The notes under the pieces are model-generated. The model was not told where the DNA came from. It searched no databases and saw only the letters and a program-made list of their open reading frames with translations. Position numbers and translations under genes: made by a program. Below, one piece after another: positions 1 through 8,695 of a stretch of 64,000 nucleotides of DNA. How positions within the stretch are numbered: the first letter of the stretch is position 1; each line of letters starts with the position of its first letter. The stretch covers positions 15,615 to 79,614 of the forward strand of contig CABMCD010000024.1 in NCBI GenBank assembly GCA_902384555.1, written 5' to 3'. The DNA comes from an uncultured archaeon (GTDB lineage Archaea; Micrarchaeota; Micrarchaeia; Anstonellales; Anstonellaceae).

Positions 1-156
1 GGACTGCAGGACAAAGTGGCCGAACAGCGCGGCGGCCGGGGCGGCGGCAAAGATGAGGGCGTCTGCGCCCGGCATCCACTTGAAAATGAAGGCGCCCGCG
101 CCCAGCAGGATGCCTCCCGCCAGAACGTAGGCCGCGCGCGTGTCGAAATCAGCCAT
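1..156 (-). CDS. Membrane protein, N-terminal part only (runs off the window start)
   Basis: Manual translation from ATG at 156 gives MADFDTRAAYVLAGGILLGAGAFIFKWMPGADALIFAAAPAAALFGHFVLQS..., with two hydrophobic segments; divergent from rfc. Confidence 0.6.
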   Translation of the reverse strand, partial: MADFDTRAAYVLAGGILLGAGAFIFKWMPGADALIFAAAPAAALFGHFVLQS

Positions 157-245
157 TGGATAACCTCGAAGATGGAATTATCTCGTAAATATGGGTATGA
201 TATCCGCCGCGAAGGTATTTAATGTTTGTTTCGGGATAGGAGAGT

Positions 246-1226
246 ATGGCTTCTGACGATTCGATTGACATCACTCCATGGACCGAGAAATACCGCCCCC
301 ACAAGCTGGAGGAGATTATCGGCCAGAAGGAGATTGTCAAGTCGTTGTCGGGTTTTGTCAAGGCGGGGAACATGCCGCATTTGCTTTTAGCGGGCCCGCC
401 CGGCTGCGGCAAGACGACGGCCACGCTGGCGCTGGCGCGCGAATTGTATGGCGAGCAAGTGCATGAATGCCTGCTTGAAATGAACGCCTCGGATGAAAGA
501 GGTATTGATGTCGTGCGCGGCAAAATCAAGGATTTCGCACGCACCATTCCGCTCGCCAAGGTGCCTTTCAAGCTCATTTTCCTTGATGAAGCCGACTCCC
601 TGACTTCGGATGCCCAGTCGGCCCTTCGCCGGACGATGGAAATGTATGTGTCCGCCACCCGCTTCATTCTGGGCTGCAACTATTCCTCCAAAATCATTGA
701 GCCCATCCAGTCCCGCTGCTCGGTGTTCCGCTTCCAGCCTCTGGCCCATGAGGACATGAAGGCCATGGTGGAGCGCATCGCGCACGCCGAAAAGCTGAAA
801 ATTGATGAGAAGGGCTATGAGGCGCTCTTCTATGTGTCGGAGGGCGACATGCGCCGGCTGATTAACGCTTTACAGGGAGCGGCTTTGCACGGCTCGCACA
901 TTACGGAAGAGAGCGTGTTCAAATTCGCCTCGCGCGCTAGGCCCAAAGAGATATTGGAAATGATGGAATACGCCCTTTCCGGCAAATTCACCGACGCGCG
1001 CAAGCATCTTCATACGCTGATGATTAACTACGGCTTATCCGGAGAAGACGTGCTGGTGCAGATGTACCGCGAGATTGACAAACTGAAAATTGACGAGAAG
1101 AGCAAGGCCGATTTGATTGACCGCATTGGAGAGTATAACTTCCGCGTGGTGGAAGGGGCCAACGAGGATATCCAGCTGGAAGCGTGCTTGGCTCAATTGG
1201 CGATGATTGGAAAGGAGAAGAAGTGA
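246..1226 (+). CDS. rfcS: Replication factor C small subunit
   Basis: PWTEKYRP, Walker A GPPGCGKT, LEMNASDERG, DEAD Walker B and SRC motifs; 326 aa, no intein. Confidence 0.97.
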   Translation: MASDDSIDITPWTEKYRPHKLEEIIGQKEIVKSLSGFVKAGNMPHLLLAGPPGCGKTTATLALARELYGEQVHECLLEMNASDERGIDVVRGKIKDFARTIPLAKVPFKLIFLDEADSLTSDAQSALRRTMEMYVSATRFILGCNYSSKIIEPIQSRCSVFRFQPLAHEDMKAMVERIAHAEKLKIDEKGYEALFYVSEGDMRRLINALQGAALHGSHITEESVFKFASRARPKEILEMMEYALSGKFTDARKHLHTLMINYGLSGEDVLVQMYREIDKLKIDEKSKADLIDRIGEYNFRVVEGANEDIQLEACLAQLAMIGKEKK

Positions 1227-1230
1227 AAAG

Positions 1231-1935
1231 ATGGGAGAAGTCTGGACTTGGATGACGGGTAATCTTCAAGCGTCAGATTTGATTATACCTGCGATTATCA
1301 TTTTGACGGCGTTTGCGTATTTCTTTGGGAAGATAGTTGTCAAAAGAGGAAAACGAAAGAAAGAAGATGAAAAAGATATTCTAATTGGAGGGTTTGTTTA
1401 TTTCTTCATCGCCATAGCACTCCCCACACTTACCGTGGGATACGGATTCATATATTTTCAACCTAATGCAGACATTGGAAAAATGCTAATGGAGATATTA
1501 GTCGGCCTAACGGCATCTTTTTCAGCATTAGTCAAAATAGCCACATATCTTTCTGCCATAAGCTTATTCCCAAATATTTTTGCTTGGATTAGCTTTAATG
1601 GAGCATTGAGGGTTGCAGATTACTTCTTTCAACAAAAAGAGCTAATTGCTGCACTAACTCCCTTAATTGGTATTTTGCTTATAACAAAACTCGCGCCTTG
1701 GATGAAAAAAAATAAGAAAAGATTAGGGATAGACAAGCTTTGGGTTAGAGTTTGTTTCTCATTCAATTTGATAGCTATCGTTTCGATGGCATATATGATA
1801 GTTAATGGAAACTGGATCGAACTAGGAGTATGGATGCTGTTTGGATTATTCGCACTATGGGCAGGAGCGTACATTCTTTCAGAACAACTTGAGTTGGACG
1901 AGATATACGGAAGAGTAAGACGCAAAATATTGTGA
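1231..1935 (+). CDS. AT-rich multi-pass membrane protein, unknown function
   Basis: About 6-7 hydrophobic segments; base composition visibly more AT-rich than the flanking genes. Confidence 0.7.
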   Translation: MGEVWTWMTGNLQASDLIIPAIIILTAFAYFFGKIVVKRGKRKKEDEKDILIGGFVYFFIAIALPTLTVGYGFIYFQPNADIGKMLMEILVGLTASFSALVKIATYLSAISLFPNIFAWISFNGALRVADYFFQQKELIAALTPLIGILLITKLAPWMKKNKKRLGIDKLWVRVCFSFNLIAIVSMAYMIVNGNWIELGVWMLFGLFALWAGAYILSEQLELDEIYGRVRRKIL

Positions 1936-2047
1936 TGCGCACCAAGCAAGAAAGGGAGATAGATGAAGCCCGACCAAAAAGCTCATCCTTAAAAGAAACA
2001 AACTGCCTATTTTCATTCAGTCAATTATCTCGTGGAGAGGTGTAGTT

Positions 2048-2971
2048 ATGGCTCTCGCAGACCTGTTCATCTGGCTTTTCGCCATCGGCATTCCGGTAGT
2101 CATTATCCTCATCGTGTTCGGCATCCGAACCATCCGCCCCACGGAAAGAGGCATTGTGGAGCGCATGGGCAAATACCATGCTTTCTACGGACCGGGCATG
2201 GTCATTCTGATTCCCTTCATTGACTCTTTGGTGAAAGTCAACATCACCGAGGAGATGGTCAATGCCGAGAAGCAGGAAGTCATCACCTCCGACTCGCTCA
2301 ACGCCATGGTGGACGCCCAGATTTACTTCAAGGTGCAGCCCGACGAGGAGAGCGTGAAAAAGAGCCAGTACGCCGTCAACGACTACCACTACCAAATCGT
2401 GCAGCTGGCCCGCACCACCCTGCGCGCCATCATCGGCTCCATGACGCTCACCGAGGCCAACACCAGCCGCAACAAGCTCAACCAGCTGCTGGCACAGGAG
2501 CTGCAGGAGCAGACCAAGCTCTGGGGCATCCAAGTGGTGCGCGCCGAGCTGAAGGAAATCCAGCCGCCCGAGGACGTGCAAAAGACCATGAACCGCGTGG
2601 TGATTGCCGAGAAGGAGAAGGTGGCGGCCATGGACTTCGCCACCGCGGTCGAGACGCAGGCCGACGGCCAGCGGCGCGCCGCGATTAAGCAGGCCGAAGG
2701 CCAGAAGCAGGCCGCCGTGCTGGCGGCCGAGGGCGAGGCCACCGCGATTCTGCGCATTGCCGACGCCAAGGCCAAGGAAATCCAGGTGGTCAACGATTCG
2801 GCCGACAAGCACTTCAAGGGCAACGCCGTCACCCTGCGGCGCATCGAGATGGCCGAGCAGGTGCTGCAATCCAACAGCAAGGTCATCGTGCCGGAAGGCT
2901 CCGACCTCGTCAACATCGTAGGCGAGGCCGCCGGCCTGGTGCCCCTGCCCACCAAGGGCAAGAAGGAATAG
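2048..2971 (+). CDS. SPFH/band 7 (stomatin-like) protein
   Basis: N-terminal TM, ERGIVERMGKY, LARTTLRAIIG, AEGQKQAAVLAAEGEA coiled coil; GAGGTG SD upstream. Confidence 0.93.
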   Translation: MALADLFIWLFAIGIPVVIILIVFGIRTIRPTERGIVERMGKYHAFYGPGMVILIPFIDSLVKVNITEEMVNAEKQEVITSDSLNAMVDAQIYFKVQPDEESVKKSQYAVNDYHYQIVQLARTTLRAIIGSMTLTEANTSRNKLNQLLAQELQEQTKLWGIQVVRAELKEIQPPEDVQKTMNRVVIAEKEKVAAMDFATAVETQADGQRRAAIKQAEGQKQAAVLAAEGEATAILRIADAKAKEIQVVNDSADKHFKGNAVTLRRIEMAEQVLQSNSKVIVPEGSDLVNIVGEAAGLVPLPTKGKKE

Positions 2972-3008
2972 GGTTTTGTTTTTCTATTTTATCCTCTTTT
3001 TCTCCAGT

Positions 3009-3785
3009 ATGACTTCTTCCTATTCTGCCATCACAAAAGATTTGCAGGCGCTTCGAAACCCTGAAAAGGCCAAACTCTTGCAGCGGTTTTTCAAGACAGG
3101 GAAAGGCCAGTATGGAGAGGGCGACGTTTTCCTCGGAATCGTGGTGCCCAAACAAAGAGAAGTGGTGAAAAAGCACTGGAAGAAAGCGGGTTTGGCGGAT
3201 TTGCAGCAAATGCTCTCCTCCAAAATCCACGAATACCGCCTCGTGGCGCTGCTGATGCTGGTTGAGCAATACAAACAGGCCGAAAAAGAGAAGGACAGGG
3301 CAAGATGCAAAGCCATTTTCGATTTCTATTTGAAGCAGGCCGGGGCCGGGCGCATCAACAATTGGGATTTGGTGGATTCAAGCGCCCCCTACATTGTGGG
3401 CGGCTATCTGCACGCTTTGGGCGGGGAAGAATGGAAGAAAGTGCTGGTGCCGCTGGCCAAATCCGAAAAGCTGTGGGAGCGGCGAATTGCCGTGCTGGCC
3501 ACGCTGTATTTCACCGTCAAGGGCCAGCATTACGAGCCCGCGCGGCAGATGTGCGAAATGGTGCTGCAAGACAGCCACGATTTGATGCACAAGGCATCCG
3601 GCTGGATGCTGCGCGAGGTGGGCAAGCGCGGCGGGGAGGGCGTGCTGCGCGAATTTCTGGACCAGCACGCCAAGCGCATGCCGCGCACCATGCTGAGATA
3701 CGCCATCGAGCGCATGGATGAGAAGAGCCGGGAAAAATACATGCAAAAGGGCCCGAAAGGCGCGAAAAGAAGCGCAAGAACCTAG
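3009..3785 (+). CDS. DNA alkylation repair protein (AlkD-like HEAT-repeat family)
   Basis: RFFKTGKGQYGEGDVFLG, INNWDLVD, KASGWMLREVGK and MPRTMLRYAIER motifs. Confidence 0.9.
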   Translation: MTSSYSAITKDLQALRNPEKAKLLQRFFKTGKGQYGEGDVFLGIVVPKQREVVKKHWKKAGLADLQQMLSSKIHEYRLVALLMLVEQYKQAEKEKDRARCKAIFDFYLKQAGAGRINNWDLVDSSAPYIVGGYLHALGGEEWKKVLVPLAKSEKLWERRIAVLATLYFTVKGQHYEPARQMCEMVLQDSHDLMHKASGWMLREVGKRGGEGVLREFLDQHAKRMPRTMLRYAIERMDEKSREKYMQKGPKGAKRSART

Positions 3786-3880
3786 GCTTATTAACTTTCT
3801 TGGGCTGGCCCTGCGCAAGCGGCCAAGGCGGCCCGAAGGCGCACCGGCAGACTGAAAAAAGCGGCAAACGGAGAACCAAA

Positions 3881-4228
3881 ATGAACAGCGTACAGCCTAA
3901 ACTGGACTTGATTGTGCTCAACCCCAAGGAGGAGCAGGGCCGAAGCAAGGTGCTGGACAAGATGACCGAAAAGGTTCTCACCATTCAGGACAAGGGGGCG
4001 GGCGCGCTCATCAACCCGCTGGGAAAGGAAGTGCTGGCCGGCGGCATGGTGGAGGAAACCAAGGCCGTCATCCGGCCGGAGCCCAAAATCACGGCCCAGC
4101 TGGTGAGCGAGTCGCTGGTGCAGATGACCTATTCCAACACGGTGATGGGGCCGGCCGAGAAGGTGACGGTGCAGGCCGTCCAGCCGGCCCGGCCAAAGGC
4201 GGAGAAAACAAGAAAAGCGGACAAATAG
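3881..4228 (+). CDS. Hypothetical protein
   Basis: Host-like codon usage from ATG 3881; GGAGA upstream; no recognised motif. Confidence 0.6.
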   Translation: MNSVQPKLDLIVLNPKEEQGRSKVLDKMTEKVLTIQDKGAGALINPLGKEVLAGGMVEETKAVIRPEPKITAQLVSESLVQMTYSNTVMGPAEKVTVQAVQPARPKAEKTRKADK

Positions 4229-4267
4229 AAGAAGGCGGCCCGGCAAGAGGCAGGCAAACAATTCTTC

Positions 4268-5314
4268 TTATTGCAGGGCGAATCTCAGGAAGGCCGCCAG
4301 ACCGCCGATGCCGGCCAGCTCGCGCCCCCCTTCCGATTCGTGCGAGAAAATCATGAGCGGTATTTTCATGGCCTCGGCCTGCTCGACGATTTCCTCCACA
4401 TCATGGCGGTTTCGCAGCAGCTCGTCGAGCACCAGCACCTTGGAGGCGGCCGAAGCCTCCACCGCATTTTTCACGTTCTTGAGCCCGTAGCAGGCCTTGT
4501 CCGAGTTTTTGGCGATGAGCGTCTTGAACTCCTCCATGGTCTGCAGTTCCAGCGCCACGCGCTCGTCGGCCGCCACGCGCGAGAGCACGCCTTTCTTGAG
4601 CAGCTCGTTCACGCCGGTGCGGTCGGCGTAGGTGCAGTGCTCGACCACAAAGCGGGCCGAGAGCTTGGCGTCCCGCTCGCGGGCGAATTTGGAGAAATTG
4701 TTGGGCGCAAAGCCGGGACCGGCGAGGATGATTTTGTTGCTGCCCTCGATGCGCTGCAGGCGCGAGAGCAGCTCGCCGTAGAACTGGGAGGCGGCCTCGG
4801 CCTGCCGCTTCGCCTCGTCGCGCTTGCTCCCGCTGCGCTCCAGCTCCCATTCGTAATTGACGCCGTAGCCGCGCAGGGAGGCGAGCAGCGCCTCGCGCTC
4901 GTCAAGCACCAGCACGTGCACCAGCGGGCGCTTGGTCTCGGCCATCGCCTGCTTGAGGCGCGAGAGCTGGTGGCTTTTCCAGTCCTTGTAGATGGAGAGC
5001 GGGAAATGGGGCTCGGCGTCGATGGTGTGGTACGAGCCGGCCTGCACGAATTCGACTGGCGTGCCGCTGATGATTTTGCCCATGAGGCGCAGGCGGTTGG
5101 CGTGGCGCGCGAACTCGATTTTTTCAAGGGAGAGCAGAACGGTGATTTTCTTTTTCTCGGCCTGCGCCGTCTCAGAGGCCTTGAAGCTGCGCCAGGAAAC
5201 GGCCTCCACCTTGTCGCCCGGAGCCAGAATGCGCTCCAGATGCCACAAATCCTCCAAGTTTTCGGGCGTGACGCGAATCAGGCCCTCCTTCTTGTCCTGC
5301 TTGCCGATTTTCAT
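4268..5314 (-). CDS. pelA: mRNA surveillance protein Pelota
   Basis: PENLEDLWHL, RLRLMGKI, GSYHT, AGPGF and GIGGLAAFLRF eRF1-family motifs. Confidence 0.96.
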   Translation of the reverse strand: MKIGKQDKKEGLIRVTPENLEDLWHLERILAPGDKVEAVSWRSFKASETAQAEKKKITVLLSLEKIEFARHANRLRLMGKIISGTPVEFVQAGSYHTIDAEPHFPLSIYKDWKSHQLSRLKQAMAETKRPLVHVLVLDEREALLASLRGYGVNYEWELERSGSKRDEAKRQAEAASQFYGELLSRLQRIEGSNKIILAGPGFAPNNFSKFARERDAKLSARFVVEHCTYADRTGVNELLKKGVLSRVAADERVALELQTMEEFKTLIAKNSDKACYGLKNVKNAVEASAASKVLVLDELLRNRHDVEEIVEQAEAMKIPLMIFSHESEGGRELAGIGGLAAFLRFALQ

Positions 5315-5349
5315 AAGGATTATAAGCAGGGGGCAGGTTGATATGGTTT

Positions 5350-5547
5350 ATGGGCGGCGGCGCACTTTGGGGAATTGGATTGGCCTGCATCGCAGTGGCG
5401 GGCGCGCTCTATTTCGGAGTTTATCCGCCCCTCAACGAGATGGCGCAGGCGCAGGTGGGGCCGGCGGCCGGTTTGGTGCCGGTCGGGCTGGGAATCTTGG
5501 GCTGCGCGCTCTGCGGGCTTGGATTCATACAAAAGAGCGACGTGTGA
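5350..5547 (+). CDS. Small two-TM membrane protein
   Basis: Two Gly-rich hydrophobic helices; divergent from pelA. Confidence 0.5.
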   Translation: MGGGALWGIGLACIAVAGALYFGVYPPLNEMAQAQVGPAAGLVPVGLGILGCALCGLGFIQKSDV

Positions 5548-5589
5548 GTCCCCAAAAAGGCTTTTAAATGTGTAAAAAGAGATAATTTC

Positions 5590-6804
5590 ATGAATATTCA
5601 GCTTAAGCAGGAGAAACCCCAGCTCGATGCCAAAACAGAGGCCGTCGTCGATCGGTTTGTGGGCATACACCGCATTGGGGAGAAAATCGCCGGCATCCGT
5701 CCCGAAACGCTCAAGCCGGCCGCCGAATCCATCATCAAGGTGTGCAACACGGCGGAGCGGTTGGAGGGTGACCCCGCCAAGCTGCAGCACTGGAACTGGG
5801 CGCGGGAGCAGATGGTGAAGGCCGTCTTGGCCGTATTGGAAGAAATGGCCGCCCGGGCCGGATGCTCAAAATGCGCGGTTCGCTTTGACGAGAAAAGCGA
5901 GGCCTGCGTGCGGGTGGCGGATGCGTTCATCCGCATGGGGCACCTGACGCAGAACGTGCAGGACTTCGAAAATGCGGCCAACGTCTGGAGTTGGATTGAG
6001 AATACCCATGAGGACGAAGGCGTCCGGCAGAGCGGGCTGTCCATGCGCTCATATTGCTATGCCGCAATCGCGGAGGCGGGGGAAAGGGATTTGGCAAAGC
6101 AGGACGGGGCGGGCGCGGGCGTTCCTTCGGAAATCACCGGCTACTGGATTCAGGCGGCGATGTGCGCCTTTGAGGCCAAAAACGAGAAAGAATACCTCTA
6201 CCTCATGCGCCGGGCGCTGGAGTCCTACCTGCCCGGCGGGCAGGAAACGGGCCCGCTCACGGAGCCGGCCGGAATCAACTGGACCAAACCCTTTGAGAAG
6301 CCCCGGCTGGTTCCCGCCATGCTGGAACAGATTATGAGAGGTCTTCCAAACCGCCTCGGGGGCAAGGACGGCGCCGTCCAATGGACGGAGGAAACCGGCC
6401 GTTTGTGGAAGATGTACAGCTGGCTGGTGATGGACGTGTGCGCCCGGCGGACCGGCATCAGCAATGAAGCTTACCAATACGCCCAGCAGGAGCTGGAATG
6501 GGCGTTCCGCGAACCGGAGAGCGTGCTGCATTCCGCCAACATACCCCTGCATCTGGCCCGGCGCATGGTAAACCACGCCGAGGCCGGCATGAAGGCGGGA
6601 ACGGCCCATCCCGAGGCAATGGCCGTGATGATGGAAACGGCCAGCGTGCTGTCCGGAACCCATTGGTACGCGGTCACCGACTGCCTGATGCGGGCCCGCG
6701 AGTTTTGGGAGTTGGCGGACCATGAGGGCAAGTTCACCGACCATGCGCAGCGGCTTTGGGCCAACACCAAGAACATTATCGACAACGTGATTTACTTCGG
6801 ATGA
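5590..6804 (+). CDS. Hypothetical all-alpha (TPR/solenoid-like) protein
   Basis: 404-aa ORF with TATA-like TTTTAAA upstream; Ala/Trp-rich helical pattern. Confidence 0.7.
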   Translation: MNIQLKQEKPQLDAKTEAVVDRFVGIHRIGEKIAGIRPETLKPAAESIIKVCNTAERLEGDPAKLQHWNWAREQMVKAVLAVLEEMAARAGCSKCAVRFDEKSEACVRVADAFIRMGHLTQNVQDFENAANVWSWIENTHEDEGVRQSGLSMRSYCYAAIAEAGERDLAKQDGAGAGVPSEITGYWIQAAMCAFEAKNEKEYLYLMRRALESYLPGGQETGPLTEPAGINWTKPFEKPRLVPAMLEQIMRGLPNRLGGKDGAVQWTEETGRLWKMYSWLVMDVCARRTGISNEAYQYAQQELEWAFREPESVLHSANIPLHLARRMVNHAEAGMKAGTAHPEAMAVMMETASVLSGTHWYAVTDCLMRAREFWELADHEGKFTDHAQRLWANTKNIIDNVIYFG

Positions 6805-6874
6805 GCCGCGCCGGGGCCAAGCCTTAAATAATCCCCGAACGCCAGCTTTATCATCAATCAGAGGAGTCTAATCC

Positions 6875-8638
6875 ATGCCCCGAATTGCCATCATCGACCG
6901 CGACAAGTGCTTCAAGGAGAAATGCGGCTACGTCTGCATGAAGGTGTGCCCCGGCGTGCAGATGGGCGACGATACGGTGACGGTGGATTCGGACGGCTTT
7001 CCGGTCATTTCCGAAGTGCTGTGCACCGGCTGCGGCATCTGCCCCAAGAAGTGCCCGGCCGACTGCATCACCATCATCAACATCGCCGAGGAGATGGGCA
7101 AGCCCGTGCACCAGTTCGGCGTGAACGAGTTCCGCCTCTACGGCCTGCCCCTGCCCCAAAAAGGCGTGGTCGGCCTCATCGGCAAGAACGGCATCGGCAA
7201 ATCCACGGCCCTGAAAATATTGGCCGGAAGCATCGTGCCCAACCTCAGCAACTATGCCCAGCCGCCGGAGATGAAGGAAGTCGTCTCCTCCCTTTCCCGC
7301 GAGACGGGCGCCTACCTCTCTTCGCTCACTGAAAAGAAAATCCGCGTGTCGCTCAAGCCCCAGAACGTGGACAAGATTCCGGCCGGCGTGCGCGGCAAGG
7401 TGAAAGACCTGCTCACCCGCCTCGACGAGCGCGGGGCGCTGGAGCGGGCGGTCGAGCACTTCGAGCTGGGCAGCATGATGGACAAGGAGCTGCGCCACAT
7501 CTCGGGCGGAGAATTGCAGCGCGTGGCCATTGCGGCCGCGTGGTGCAAGGACGCCGACCTCTACTATTTCGACGAGCCGGCCTCTTATCTCGACATCGAG
7601 CAGCGCCTGCGCGTGGGGGCGGCCATCAAGGAGCTGGCGGAAGAAAAGAACGTCATCGTGGTCGAGCATGATTTGGCCCTCTTTGATTATCTTTCGGAAT
7701 ATGTGCACGTGTTCTACGGGCAGGAAAATGCGTACGGCGTGGTGTCGGGCGTGAAAAACACGCGCGCGGGCATCAACCAGTATCTGCTGGGCTTTTTGAA
7801 AGAGGAGAACACGCGATTTCGGGACCATGAAATCCGCTTCTCGCGCAACGTGTCGGCCACGGCCTCCAAGGGCAAAATCGCGCTGCAATACCCGGCCCTG
7901 TCCAAGAAGTTCGACGGCTTTTCCTTTTCGGCCGAGCCGGGACAGCTGCGGATGGGCGAAGTGGTCGGCATCATGGGCCGCAACGCCATCGGCAAGTCGC
8001 TGTTCGTGAAACTGCTGGCCGGCGTGGAAAAGAACGAGAGCGGCGAGGAGCTGGAGCAGACGATTAAGGTGTCTTACAAGCCCCAATACGTGAAAGCCCT
8101 GCCCGGCGTCACGGTGGGAGCGCTCTTTGCCCAGCACAAATTGGAGCCGGCGTTTTTCGAGGAAGCCTCGCGCAAACTGAATGTGACCAGCCTCGCCGAC
8201 AAGGAGCTGGAGCACCTCTCAGGCGGAGAATTGCAGCGGGTGGCCATTGTGCTGGCCCTCTCGCAAACGGCCGACTTGTATTTGCTGGATGAGCCTTCGG
8301 CCTTTTTGGATGTGGAGCAGCGCCTGCATCTGGCCGGGCTTTTGCAGCGCCTGATTCAGAATTCGGGCAGAATGGCCATGGTGGTGGACCACGACCTTGT
8401 GTTCTTGGACGCCATCTCCTCGCGCGTCATGGTGTTCGAGGGCGAGGGCGGGCGGAAGGGCCATGCGGGGGCCCCGGCCGACAAGCGCGCGGGCCTCAAC
8501 GCCTTCCTCAAGCAGATGGACATCACGCTGCGCCGCGACCCCGATACGGGCCGGCCGCGCATCAACAAGCCCGACTCGGCGCTTGACCGCGAGCAGAAAG
8601 AGGCGGGCGAGTACTATTACTACGACCCGAACGCGTGA
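6875..8638 (+). CDS. rli: Ribosome recycling ATPase ABCE1/RLI
   Basis: N-terminal Fe-S motifs (C..KVCP, CTGCGICPKKCP), two ABC domains with SGGELQR, C-terminal RPRINK. Confidence 0.97.
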   Translation: MPRIAIIDRDKCFKEKCGYVCMKVCPGVQMGDDTVTVDSDGFPVISEVLCTGCGICPKKCPADCITIINIAEEMGKPVHQFGVNEFRLYGLPLPQKGVVGLIGKNGIGKSTALKILAGSIVPNLSNYAQPPEMKEVVSSLSRETGAYLSSLTEKKIRVSLKPQNVDKIPAGVRGKVKDLLTRLDERGALERAVEHFELGSMMDKELRHISGGELQRVAIAAAWCKDADLYYFDEPASYLDIEQRLRVGAAIKELAEEKNVIVVEHDLALFDYLSEYVHVFYGQENAYGVVSGVKNTRAGINQYLLGFLKEENTRFRDHEIRFSRNVSATASKGKIALQYPALSKKFDGFSFSAEPGQLRMGEVVGIMGRNAIGKSLFVKLLAGVEKNESGEELEQTIKVSYKPQYVKALPGVTVGALFAQHKLEPAFFEEASRKLNVTSLADKELEHLSGGELQRVAIVLALSQTADLYLLDEPSAFLDVEQRLHLAGLLQRLIQNSGRMAMVVDHDLVFLDAISSRVMVFEGEGGRKGHAGAPADKRAGLNAFLKQMDITLRRDPDTGRPRINKPDSALDREQKEAGEYYYYDPNA

Positions 8639-8695
8639 TTAACCCCGGCCCCGGACAGAAGCGGATTTAAATGCTCCAGTCGCCCCAATAGAGAT

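Noticed and set aside
246-1226. Intein in the RFC small subunit
   Set aside because: The protein has normal length and contiguous motifs.
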